IMG/VR virus record: IMGVR_UViG_3300005512_000215
Span: 1 to 30,789 of that record
DNA from: a virus
Lineage: Duplodnaviria > Caudoviricetes
Direction: 5' to 3' (one strand)
DNA length: 30,789 nt
A program made the translations under genes and the position numbers. Positions 7,360-15,727 of this stretch are shown piece after piece. Positions within the stretch are counted from its first letter, which is position 1. Every line of letters begins with the position of its first letter. The notes below the pieces were generated by a model. That model did not search any database, was not told the origin of the DNA, and saw only the letters and a program-made list of their open reading frames with translations.

Positions 7360-7755
7360 ATGCCCGACACTGAGTCGTCAGAGGAGTTAGAGGATTATCA
7401 CGAGATTCTGAACAAAGCCGGAAATCAGTTACCAAAGCCAACAGGCTGGAAGATTCTGATTGCTGTGCCTAGAGCAGATCGAGTGACCGAAGGTGGTATC
7501 TACAAGCCCGATGAAGCGATGCGAGTCGAGGAGGTAGGTACGATTATTGGATTGGTTCTTCAGTTGGGAGATCTTGCTTACAAGGATCCCAAGAAGTTCC
7601 CTACAGGAAACTGGTGCCATCGCGGTGATTTTATCATGATGCGCTCTTATTCAGGCACAAGGTTCCGCGTAGGGGAGCAAGAGTTCCGATTAATCAATGA
7701 TGACACGGTAGAAGCCGTTGTTGAAGATCCCAGAGGGGTTGTGAAGGTAATATGA
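7360..7755 (+). CDS. groES: Phage co-chaperonin GroES (Cpn10 family)
   Basis: PKPTGWKILI, mobile loop TEGGI, G.V..LG..AY, GD.I....YSGT, FRLINDD.V.AVV. AAGGA RBS favours the ATG at 7360. Confidence 0.88.
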   Translation: MPDTESSEELEDYHEILNKAGNQLPKPTGWKILIAVPRADRVTEGGIYKPDEAMRVEEVGTIIGLVLQLGDLAYKDPKKFPTGNWCHRGDFIMMRSYSGTRFRVGEQEFRLINDDTVEAVVEDPRGVVKVI

Positions 7756-8711
7756 GTACGGAGCAGATCGTCTCGTCGCCTATGAGTGACGCACCCGAGG
7801 ATGATGAAGTTCTGGACGAACCGGGTCTTGAAGTCGATATCGTCGATGACACCCCGGAAGAGGACAGGGGGAGAATTCCTCCCGAGTCCAGATCCGCAGA
7901 AGAACATGAAGAAGAGCTGTCTAATGTCAGCAACAATGTTCAGAAGCGCATCCAGAAGCTTAAGTATGACTTTCATGAGGAGCGAAGAGCTAAGGAAGCT
8001 TCTTCTCGAATGCGAGACGAAGCAGTTTCCTACGCTCAAAAGATCCAAAAGGAAAATCAGAAGCTTCGTGAATTGGTAAATCGAGGAGAGCAGGTTCTCG
8101 TCGATGAAGTCAAGAACAGGACCGAGAAGGAATTAGAGGCAGCAAGGCTTCAATTAAAGAGAGCCCATGAGGAAGGTGATCCTGATTCGATCGTAGGTGC
8201 CCAAGAGCTTCTAGCTAAGGCTGCTTATGAATCGCAAAAAGCTCAGGAATACATTCCTGCTCCGGAACCCGAAAAGGTTCCTGAGTATCAGCCGAGGCAG
8301 GTACAGCCTGATCCCAAGGCCGCCAAGTGGGCAAGAGAAAATCCCTGGTTTAGATCTGATAAGGAAATGACGGCTGTCGCTTTAGCCGTTCATGAGGATC
8401 TAGTTACCCAGGGTGTCGATACAAAGTCTGATGATTACTATCAGGCGATCGATAACAGAATCAGGGAAAGGTTCCCTGAAAAGTTCGGTGGTGATAGTCA
8501 GGATGTAGAAATCTCTGACGATCCGGCTCTTCGTTCCGATGAGAACCGCCGAAAGCCCTCGACGGTGGTAGCACCTGCAAAGCGATCATCTGGTGCAAGA
8601 CCGCGCAAAGTTCAGCTAACGAAGACCCAGGTTGCCCTCGCAAGGCGTCTGGGTATTTCTCCTGAAAGTTACGCCAAACAACTCTTAAAGTTGGAGAATC
8701 AAAATGGCTAG
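7752..8711 (+). CDS. Capsid scaffolding protein (putative)
   Basis: Acidic N-terminus, long coiled coil, W...NPWF motif and C-terminal LT..QVALARRLGIS.E.YAK. Lies between portal and MCP. Confidence 0.7.
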   Translation: MSTEQIVSSPMSDAPEDDEVLDEPGLEVDIVDDTPEEDRGRIPPESRSAEEHEEELSNVSNNVQKRIQKLKYDFHEERRAKEASSRMRDEAVSYAQKIQKENQKLRELVNRGEQVLVDEVKNRTEKELEAARLQLKRAHEEGDPDSIVGAQELLAKAAYESQKAQEYIPAPEPEKVPEYQPRQVQPDPKAAKWARENPWFRSDKEMTAVALAVHEDLVTQGVDTKSDDYYQAIDNRIRERFPEKFGGDSQDVEISDDPALRSDENRRKPSTVVAPAKRSSGARPRKVQLTKTQVALARRLGISPESYAKQLLKLENQNG

Positions 8712-9183
8712 AGGCGATACCGCCAATGAGGAACAGGATCCTCGCGCTAAGAGAGAACATGACACTAGAGAGACGTTCTCTCGCCCGGCTTCTTGGACGC
8801 CCCCCACTGTGCTTCCTGTTCCCGATCCGCAGGACGGATGGGAATATCGTTGGATCAGAGTTTCCATGCGTGGAGATTCTGACAACACAAATGTTTCCCG
8901 AAAGTATCGGGAAGGCTGGGAGCCTGTCAGGTTGGAAGACCATCCTGAGTTAAAGCTGATCCCTGATATCGATAATCGATTTGACGGGGCTGCTGTGATT
9001 GGTGGCCTGATGCTTTGCAAGAACGAAACTGCTCTTATGGATCAGAAGCGTGAGCATAATAGGCAGCAGGCAGAGGGACAGATGAAAGCCGTTGATAACA
9101 ACATGATGAGAGAAAATGACGCAAGAATGCCTCTGCTCCCTCCGGACAGAAGCACTCGCGTCAAGTTTGGCGACGGCTCTTAG
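8704..9183 (+). CDS. Conserved head-module hypothetical protein
   Basis: GGAG RBS; W.PP..LP.P...GWEYRWIR...REGWEPV...GGL.LCK; 159 aa. Confidence 0.75.
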   Translation: MARGDTANEEQDPRAKREHDTRETFSRPASWTPPTVLPVPDPQDGWEYRWIRVSMRGDSDNTNVSRKYREGWEPVRLEDHPELKLIPDIDNRFDGAAVIGGLMLCKNETALMDQKREHNRQQAEGQMKAVDNNMMRENDARMPLLPPDRSTRVKFGDGS

Positions 9184-9230
9184 GAGATGTTCTCCTACAA
9201 GTCGCCGCTTGATTTTTAGGAGAAGCTAAA

Positions 9231-9818
9231 ATGGCTATCTATGGTGGCCTCAGAGTGGATTCTTCGGCCCTTTCCGGGGAATCCGTTACTAGAGGTTTTA
9301 AGATTGCAGCTAACGAAGGTGACAACATCTTCCAGGGCGATCTTGTTGTAATGGAAGCTGCTGGTAGCGTTACCGCTGCTAGTGGTGTCAGCGAAGTTGC
9401 CGCCGTTGGCGTTTTTGTTGGATGCGAATACACGAATAGTGATGGCGAAAGAGTTTTCGATAATCATTATGTAGATGCAATTAATAGAAATGACAACATT
9501 GCTTTAGTTAATGTCAACCCTCTCCAGTTTTTTAAGATTAGAGTTGGTACTGGAGGCACCGAGGGGACTGTCACCCAGGCCGCAATAGGTATGGGTTTTG
9601 ACATTGATTATACGAATGGCGGAAACACTACGACTGGGTTAAGCGGGATGATGCTTGACACCGCGACCGCCGCTACTACGGCTCAGTTGCGAGTTGTTGC
9701 TGTTACCAACGATGACGGAACAGATTACTTAAAGGAGGCTGCTGCTACTACCTACACGCACGCAATCGTCTTTATTGATCCTGCCGTGCATTTCTTTAAC
9801 GCTTCTGTCGGAATCTAA
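9231..9818 (+). CDS. Capsid decoration/stabilising protein (putative)
   Basis: AGGAG RBS; small-residue-rich; NIFQGD.V, GVFVGCEYT, G.TTTG.SG. Immediately upstream of MCP. Confidence 0.6.
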   Translation: MAIYGGLRVDSSALSGESVTRGFKIAANEGDNIFQGDLVVMEAAGSVTAASGVSEVAAVGVFVGCEYTNSDGERVFDNHYVDAINRNDNIALVNVNPLQFFKIRVGTGGTEGTVTQAAIGMGFDIDYTNGGNTTTGLSGMMLDTATAATTAQLRVVAVTNDDGTDYLKEAAATTYTHAIVFIDPAVHFFNASVGI

Positions 9819-9831
9819 GGAGTAACTAATC

Positions 9832-10767
9832 ATGGCTATTTCCAGAGCGCAAATGATGAAGGAACTCCTGCCGGGGCTGAACGCTCTTTTCGGTATGGAG
9901 TACGGCTCGTATGACAACGAGCATGAAGATATCTATGAGATGGAGACCTCGGACAGAGCGTTCGAGGAGGAAGTCCAGCTTTCGGGGTTTGGTACTGCTC
10001 CTGTGAAGTCTGAGGGCTCCGCTATCGCTTACGATACGGCGCAGGAAACTTTCACGGCTCGCTACAACCACGAGACGATTGCTCTTGGCTTCTCCATTAC
10101 GGAGGAGGCGATCGAGGACAATCTTTATGATTCGCTCTCGGCTCGTTACACCAAGGCCCTCGCTCGTGCTGCGGCGAACACGAAGCAGGTCAAGGCTGCG
10201 TTCCCGTTAAACAACGGGTTCACGAACGCTTACAATTCCGGTGATGGTGTTTCTCTGTTTAGTGCTGTCGGCGACGGCATTGATGGAGGCCATCCGGTTG
10301 TTAGCGGAGCGGCGAACAGCAACCGACCCGCGACGGCTTCCGATCTTAATGAGACCTCGCTTGAGCAGGCTGTCATTGATATTGGCAAGTACACGGATCA
10401 GCGTGGCCTCAAGATTGCGGCTCGCCCCGTGCGTCTCATTATTCCCTCGGAGCTTCAGTTCGTTGCTACCCGTATCCTTGATACGGAGCTTCGACCCAGC
10501 ACGGCGGATAATGATATCAACGCCCTCCGCACCAACGGTGCAATTCCGGAGGGCTACCGCATCAACCATTACCTGACGGACTCTGAGGGTGATGCTTGGT
10601 TCGTGATTACCGACGTGCCGAACGGCATGAAGGGCTTCACGCGAACCCCGATGCAGACCTCGATGGACGGTGATTTCGACACGGGTAACGTGAGGTACAA
10701 GTGCCGCGAGCGGTACAGCTTCGGCGTGAGTGACCCGCTCGGGATCTACGGTTCGCCGGGTGCGTAA
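9832..10767 (+). CDS. Major capsid protein (Mu gpT-like, HK97 fold)
   Basis: AAGGAG RBS; MAISRAQ..KELLPGLNALFG.EY, SDRAFEEEV.LSGFG, DFDTGNVRYK.RERYSFG.SDP; strongly biased codon use. Confidence 0.92.
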   Translation: MAISRAQMMKELLPGLNALFGMEYGSYDNEHEDIYEMETSDRAFEEEVQLSGFGTAPVKSEGSAIAYDTAQETFTARYNHETIALGFSITEEAIEDNLYDSLSARYTKALARAAANTKQVKAAFPLNNGFTNAYNSGDGVSLFSAVGDGIDGGHPVVSGAANSNRPATASDLNETSLEQAVIDIGKYTDQRGLKIAARPVRLIIPSELQFVATRILDTELRPSTADNDINALRTNGAIPEGYRINHYLTDSEGDAWFVITDVPNGMKGFTRTPMQTSMDGDFDTGNVRYKCRERYSFGVSDPLGIYGSPGA

Positions 10768-10794
10768 TTAGGGATCTGCGGGAAGTTCCCGTAG

Positions 10795-10841
10795 GGGGAG
10801 GGGAGGTCAATCGGGCAGATTCCTCCTCTCCCCACCCTTTT
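10795..10841 (+). terminator. Intrinsic terminator after the capsid gene
   Basis: GGGGAGGGGAGG (10795-10806) pairs with CCTCCTCTCCCC (10822-10833) with one G-U. TTTT at 10838-10841. Confidence 0.55.
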
Positions 10842-10868
10842 GACCGCTAAGCACCGCAAGGCTTAGAT

Positions 10869-11147
10869 ATGGCTATCAAGCGCGGTAGTGAAACATTTTC
10901 CGGTTACAACAAACCGAAGAGAACTCCCAATCACCCGAAGAAGAGTCATGCTGTTCTTGCCAAGGAAGGCGACAAGATCAAGCTGATCCGTTTCGGTGAG
11001 AAGGGTGCGAAAACTGCTGGCAAGCCTAAGGCGGGTGAGTCGGACAGAATGAAGGCGAAGCGTAAGTCCTTCAAGGCCCGACATGGCAAGAACATTGCCA
11101 AGGGCAAGATGTCTGCTGCGTATTGGGCAGACAAGGTTAAATGGTAA
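10869..11147 (+). CDS. Small basic conserved phage protein (92 aa)
   Basis: GYNKPKRTP.HP.KSHAVLAK.G..IKLIRFG...RKSFKARH...SAAYWA.KVKW, a widespread phage pattern. Confidence 0.8.
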   Translation: MAIKRGSETFSGYNKPKRTPNHPKKSHAVLAKEGDKIKLIRFGEKGAKTAGKPKAGESDRMKAKRKSFKARHGKNIAKGKMSAAYWADKVKW

Positions 11148-11149
11148 AC

Positions 11150-11210
11150 CAGACCTACCAGACTTAAAAAGACAGCACGCGGACTGGTAGGCAAGTTGCG
11201 TGCAACGAGG
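11150..11210 (+). ncRNA. Pseudoknotted RNA element, candidate Mu-gpT-DE RNA motif
   Basis: CCTACCAG (11154-11161) / CTGGTAGG (11184-11191) crosses GCACGC (11175-11180) / GCGTGC (11198-11203). Downstream of a gpT-like capsid gene and abutting the next RBS. Confidence 0.5.
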
Positions 11211-11218
11211 TGATTCAA

Positions 11219-11689
11219 ATGGGTAAGACGACTTTTAGTGGGCCGGTAGTTTCTCAGCAGGGTTTCCAGGCTTCGCCTGTCGAGCTTTCTGATGCTGATG
11301 CAACTATTACTGTTGAAAGCCATAACGGAAAGGTTATTGGCGTTCCTGCCATCGGCTCTAACAGAACCTTCACTTTAACCACTCCCACTGGCGCTGGGAT
11401 TGCTTACAAGTTTATTTGTTCTGGTGCTGCGACGGAAGCTCAGAATGTAATATTAAGAACCGAAACGACTGACAATAGCGTTTTCTTTACCGGCGGCGTT
11501 TCGTTCCTTGACTCCGATGCTACTGGAGCAGCAACGGTTAGCTCTGTTTTTGCTAACGGCAGTTCCAATGAACAGCTTACGCTTGTCACGCCTGGAGTTT
11601 TCGAGATCAACTTCGTGTCTACGAGTGCAACTGAGTGGTTTGTTTGGGGCTCTGTTGTTTCCGTGACGACTCCTGCTTTTGCTGATTAA
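11219..11689 (+). CDS. Virion structural protein (head fibre/decoration, putative)
   Basis: GAGG RBS; conserved N-terminus MGKTTFSGPV.S..GF; Thr/Ser/Gly-rich beta protein ending TPAFAD. Confidence 0.65.
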   Translation: MGKTTFSGPVVSQQGFQASPVELSDADATITVESHNGKVIGVPAIGSNRTFTLTTPTGAGIAYKFICSGAATEAQNVILRTETTDNSVFFTGGVSFLDSDATGAATVSSVFANGSSNEQLTLVTPGVFEINFVSTSATEWFVWGSVVSVTTPAFAD

Positions 11690-11692
11690 TCC

Positions 11693-11938
11693 TTGTCCGA
11701 CCCCCAATGGTACAGGGATCTCACTCCCCAACGACAAGAGGCCGTAGATCAGACATTACATCTGGTCTGCGGCCTCAGTCTTTGTGCCCTCGGTGGAGCT
11801 TATCTGTCGATGGTGTCTCTTTATATCAGAGAGTTCTGGCTCCAGTGGCCTGTTGAGCGAGTGGCAGACACTAGAAAAGACATGGCGTTCTGGACTGCTG
11901 GTGCTGGAGTCTGGGAGATAGTGAGGGCTTTCAGTTGA
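11693..11938 (+). CDS. Small membrane protein (81 aa)
   Basis: TTG start; fills the gap exactly; hydrophobic helices with DQ..H...G / REF / D...D..FW..G. Confidence 0.55.
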   Translation: MSDPQWYRDLTPQRQEAVDQTLHLVCGLSLCALGGAYLSMVSLYIREFWLQWPVERVADTRKDMAFWTAGAGVWEIVRAFS

Positions 11939-12297
11939 GTGTTTATCCGGCTGGCGTAAAGCAAGCGAGAATATTGAAGTTAGGAGTTAATGACGGAAAG
12001 ACTTCTTTAATTGCAAGCCCTTGCGTCGTCAAAAGCTTATCGTTTAGACCGTTGGATGAGTTTCAGCAGCAGCCTTCTGATACTTGCATCGCACTTTATG
12101 TTTACGACGGGGATACGGTTATTATGAAATTCCCTTTTATCGGCCCTCAGTATCTATCAACAAATGTCGCTATCCTGATCCCTGCTGACGGCCTTAAGAT
12201 AAATACCTCGCTTTCTTTTGAAGTGGAAAAACTTGAAGGAACTGTAGACGCCGCAAGTCTTAGCGTCACGAGCCTAAGGGTTGCTTACCAGCGATAA
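11935..12297 (+). CDS. Small beta-rich virion protein, paralogue 1 of 5
   Basis: SPCVVKSL...YVYDG...IPADGLKINTSL...LRVAY. Confidence 0.65.
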   Translation: MSVYPAGVKQARILKLGVNDGKTSLIASPCVVKSLSFRPLDEFQQQPSDTCIALYVYDGDTVIMKFPFIGPQYLSTNVAILIPADGLKINTSLSFEVEKLEGTVDAASLSVTSLRVAYQR

Positions 12298-12302
12298 GAA
12301 TT

Positions 12303-12686
12303 ATGAAATCAACCGATGTACAAAGTGTTTTCTATAATTCTCGCGCTACCCCGACTACCAAGCACAAGCTTGTAGACATTGGGGATAGCGGTTCTTGTAG
12401 AGTTTTTTCTGTAGTTTGGTGCCCTTATCAGATAGCTTCTGGTGATAAACCTGTAATAGAGCTTTGGGAAGGTGATCCCGATAGCGGAGGCACCAAAGTC
12501 TACGAAGACGGATGCCATGTCGGGGCTGGATCAATAGGAGGTTCATCCAACAGCGATCAACCGTGGATCAACTTTGAACCATTCCCGTCCCACTACTACC
12601 TATTTAAAAATGACGTTTGGGTTGTAGGCGGAGCAAACGCTTACGGCATCAATAACGTCACAATTACTTATCAGTTGGGTGGCTAA
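12303..12686 (+). CDS. Small beta-rich virion protein, paralogue 2 of 5
   Basis: STDVQS...GSCRVFSV...IELWEG...FPSHYYLFKNDVWV...VTITY. Confidence 0.65.
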   Translation: MKSTDVQSVFYNSRATPTTKHKLVDIGDSGSCRVFSVVWCPYQIASGDKPVIELWEGDPDSGGTKVYEDGCHVGAGSIGGSSNSDQPWINFEPFPSHYYLFKNDVWVVGGANAYGINNVTITYQLGG

Positions 12687-12688
12687 AG

Positions 12689-13063
12689 ATGTCTTTAGGT
12701 TATTGCCAAGTTTCTACAGTCAGCTTAAACCCATCAGCCGATGACAGGCAGTTGATTGATTCAAGCATTCCGTCACGCATAAAACTTGTGGGTTTTAGTG
12801 TAGGTATGACTAGGGTCCTTACAGCGGGTTCAACCAATGTATTCCAAAGATTTAGACTTTTTGATGGGTCTTCTTCTGATCCGTTTTGGACTATAGTTTA
12901 TGCTAGACCAACAGCCGAAACTATTTCTTACGAGCCTTCAGTTTTTATGGTAACAGAAGACTCGTATTTGCAAATTGAAAATGGTTTAAGCTACGAAGTA
13001 ACAACTGATGGGCTGGCTAGTGAAAGCTTCCCGTTTTTAGTAAATGTGTTCTACATAGGCTAA
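12689..13063 (+). CDS. Small beta-rich virion protein, paralogue 3 of 5
   Basis: SRIKLVGF...FRLFDG...VTEDSYLQIENGL...VNVFY. Confidence 0.65.
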   Translation: MSLGYCQVSTVSLNPSADDRQLIDSSIPSRIKLVGFSVGMTRVLTAGSTNVFQRFRLFDGSSSDPFWTIVYARPTAETISYEPSVFMVTEDSYLQIENGLSYEVTTDGLASESFPFLVNVFYIG

Positions 13064-13065
13064 CC

Positions 13066-13491
13066 ATGCGTAATTACTACAAAAGCAAAAGCAAGTCTAT
13101 ATACCATGAGTCTGCACAGAGCGATGGAGCCCTAGATAGTTCTACAACTATTGCTTCTTCGGGAACTCGCGTTTGTCTCAGGAGCTTTGATCTTTCTAGT
13201 GGAGCGGCGCAGTATCAAAACGTAAACATTACCCAATCTTCCCCTTGCTACGTTTATTTTGAAAAAATGGATTCTTCAAATACTGAAGTCCTTAAGATGC
13301 CTATCACCCTTGGGGGGCTTGGTGCTTTGGTTTTTTTGGGGGGTGGCGTAGTTACACCCTCTAGCTTTATGACTATACCAGGGCCAGGGATTCTTTTTGA
13401 CGATGGAATGAGAGTAAGGATTACTATGCCAGCCAACCCTGGGACTTTGGGCCCAATCTTTGCGCTAGTCAATGTGGTGTACTCAATATGA
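13066..13491 (+). CDS. Small beta-rich virion protein, paralogue 4 of 5
   Basis: TRVCLRSF...IPGPGILFDDGMRV...VNVVY. Confidence 0.65.
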   Translation: MRNYYKSKSKSIYHESAQSDGALDSSTTIASSGTRVCLRSFDLSSGAAQYQNVNITQSSPCYVYFEKMDSSNTEVLKMPITLGGLGALVFLGGGVVTPSSFMTIPGPGILFDDGMRVRITMPANPGTLGPIFALVNVVYSI

Positions 13492-13895
13492 CAGAAGATT
13501 ATACAAATATCTGGTCAAGCACAGACCCATACAACGATGGCAGCGCCTCCGGTACTCAGATAATTAGTGGGCGCGTTAGGGTTCATGCGTTTTGGGTTGT
13601 CAACGGTGGGTCAAATACATCCGGAGACAACGGCCATACACTTTCAAGACCTATGGCTTTGAGGCCAAGTTCAGGTGGTACTGAAATTTACAAGGTTGCT
13701 TTTCCTAACTCTAGCCGATTGGCTCAGTCAGCGGCTAGGTCTTTTTTCCCGTACCAGCATAGATTTGGTGGCAACGGTATTCTATTTGAAAATGGAGTTT
13801 GGTTTTCTGTAGACGCAAACGACCAGACTGGATCATCGACGGTAAGCCCATCTTCTTTTGTTGCAGTTCTCTATACAGGCGGGGCAAACACTTAA
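13488..13895 (+). CDS. Small beta-rich virion protein, paralogue 5 of 5
   Basis: GRVRVHAF...FGGNGILFENGVWF...VAVLY. Confidence 0.65.
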   Translation: MTEDYTNIWSSTDPYNDGSASGTQIISGRVRVHAFWVVNGGSNTSGDNGHTLSRPMALRPSSGGTEIYKVAFPNSSRLAQSAARSFFPYQHRFGGNGILFENGVWFSVDANDQTGSSTVSPSSFVAVLYTGGANT

Positions 13896-14179
13896 TGACT
13901 CATGTAACCCCGACGACTTTCTGGGCCTCCCTTGGCATCGTAGCTTCTGCCATTGGGGGCCTTTTTACTATGCAGATGTCACATGCCGGGGAAAACGGTC
14001 ATAGCTCTATGGCAGATCAGGCCGAAGTGGCTCAGGTAAAAATCAAGATTGAGCGCATTGAGACTGAGGTAAAGCACAACCGAGAGTTGCTAGGGGATCT
14101 CAAGGTTGAGCTAAGGGATCTCCGAGCAAAGCAGGCGGAGAACAGCGAAGAGATATTGGAGGCCATCCGTGGCAACTAG
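13895..14179 (+). CDS. Single-TM plus coiled-coil protein (possibly holin-like), 94 aa
   Basis: TAATG overlap places the start at 13895. FWASLGIVASAIGGLF helix followed by a heptad-rich segment. Confidence 0.55.
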   Translation: MTHVTPTTFWASLGIVASAIGGLFTMQMSHAGENGHSSMADQAEVAQVKIKIERIETEVKHNRELLGDLKVELRDLRAKQAENSEEILEAIRGN

Positions 14180-14870
14180 CGGCGCAGTATCGTTTTCACC
14201 CGATGTCGGTGAATTAGTGGAAGAAGCTTACGAGCGTGCTGGCCTCCAGATGGTCTCTGGGTATGATCTCCGCACAGCCAGGAGAAGCATTGATCTCATG
14301 CTCATGGAGTGGGCCAACAGAGGCATAAACCTCTGGTGCGTGAGCGAAGATGAAATCACGATGGTTGATGGTCAGGGTGCTTACACAGCCATTAACGCGA
14401 CCCCGAACGTGGCTGTCTCGATACTGGAAGCCGTGCTCAGAACTGATGATGGGGATGTGAACAATCAGTCTGATTATGACTTGGCTAGAATTTCCAGAAA
14501 CACATTCATGAGCATCCCCTCCAAGCTGTCTAAGGGGAGGCCGACTCAGATCTACGTCGATCGCCAGCAGGGCGAGATCAAGATGAACCTGTGGCCCGTT
14601 CCCAACGACGCCACTCAGAAGCTCGTCTATACCTACATCCGTCGCATGGAAGACTCTGGTCCCGGCGGCACTTATGACCCGGATGTGCCTGATAGATTTT
14701 GGCCCGCGCTAGTGGCCGGTCTTGCTTACAACATTGCCCTCAAGAAGCCTGAGGCTGGGCAGCGAATCCAAATGCTCAAGCAGGTATATGACGAGCAGTT
14801 CCAGTACGCAGCAGAAGAGGACAGAGAGAAGGCCCCCTTCAGGCTCTACCCCGGAGGCTACAGCTACTAA
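14169..14870 (+). CDS. Head-tail connector/adaptor protein (putative)
   Basis: GGAGG RBS with GTG start; MATSG..F..D..E.VEEAYER.G...SGYDLRTARRS, EWANRG.NLW, GRPTQ.Y, LWPVP, P.RF.PALVAGLAY. Confidence 0.7.
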   Translation: MATSGAVSFSPDVGELVEEAYERAGLQMVSGYDLRTARRSIDLMLMEWANRGINLWCVSEDEITMVDGQGAYTAINATPNVAVSILEAVLRTDDGDVNNQSDYDLARISRNTFMSIPSKLSKGRPTQIYVDRQQGEIKMNLWPVPNDATQKLVYTYIRRMEDSGPGGTYDPDVPDRFWPALVAGLAYNIALKKPEAGQRIQMLKQVYDEQFQYAAEEDREKAPFRLYPGGYSY

Positions 14871-15718
14871 TGGCTTCGTATGCTGAAGGCAGAAAAGCTT
14901 TTGGCTTTTGTGACAGATGCGGCTTCAGGTACAACCTGAAAGATCTGAAGACCGAGACTGTCAATCTTGCTACCACGAATCTGTTGGTCTGCCCTGAGTG
15001 CTGGGATCCGGATCATCCCCAGAACATGCTGGGTCGAATGAGGGTTGATGACCCTGAAGCTTTGAGAAATCCTAGACCTCTTGGTGGAATTAGCGGCAGG
15101 GATCTCCCGGCTGCCTATAGATGGGATTTCTCTACGGGCACAGCCCAGACTAGCCCTACTCGCATCGATGGCTGGCGTGTTGCTAATGGTACTCTTTCTT
15201 GGAATTCAGATTCCCAGTCTTTGAATCTTGTTTACTCTGGAACCTCTGGCGATCCGTATATCATTAGGGGTTACAACGGTACTCCATACTTAAACGACTG
15301 GATCAGCATAGATTCTTCCAAGTATAAGTATGTTGTTTGCGATTTTACCGTTAACAGCTTTCCTGACTTTGAGCCTGATGATTTTTTTGAATACGATTTC
15401 CAAGGAAAACTTTTTTGGACTAATAACACTAATGAAGGCGGCGGCTCAAATCCCTGGCCTTTCGATTCAGATCGGACACAAGAAGTCCAAGCGGTCCCGT
15501 ACTTTTTGATGTCTCAACCTGCTGATGGATTTTCAGCAGCTAACAAAAATTTAACCAGTCATTTTAAGATAGTTTACGACTTAAGCGACAATAATTACTG
15601 GACGGGGACTGTTACCGGGATTCGTCTTGACTTTTTCAATACGACGCCGGATGGAGACGCTGGCGATATAAACATTCATTACATAGAGGTTGTGTCCTTT
15701 CACAACCCGGATCTCTAG
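14870..15718 (+). CDS. Zn-ribbon (CxxC...CxxC) protein with C-terminal carbohydrate-binding-like beta domain
   Basis: N-terminal YA.G.KAFGFCDRCGF...VCPECWDPDHPQ. Aromatic/acidic C-terminal ~200 aa with ISIDSSKYKYV and WTGTVTGIRLD. Confidence 0.6.
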   Translation: MASYAEGRKAFGFCDRCGFRYNLKDLKTETVNLATTNLLVCPECWDPDHPQNMLGRMRVDDPEALRNPRPLGGISGRDLPAAYRWDFSTGTAQTSPTRIDGWRVANGTLSWNSDSQSLNLVYSGTSGDPYIIRGYNGTPYLNDWISIDSSKYKYVVCDFTVNSFPDFEPDDFFEYDFQGKLFWTNNTNEGGGSNPWPFDSDRTQEVQAVPYFLMSQPADGFSAANKNLTSHFKIVYDLSDNNYWTGTVTGIRLDFFNTTPDGDAGDINIHYIEVVSFHNPDL

Positions 15719-15727
15719 GAGAGACCA

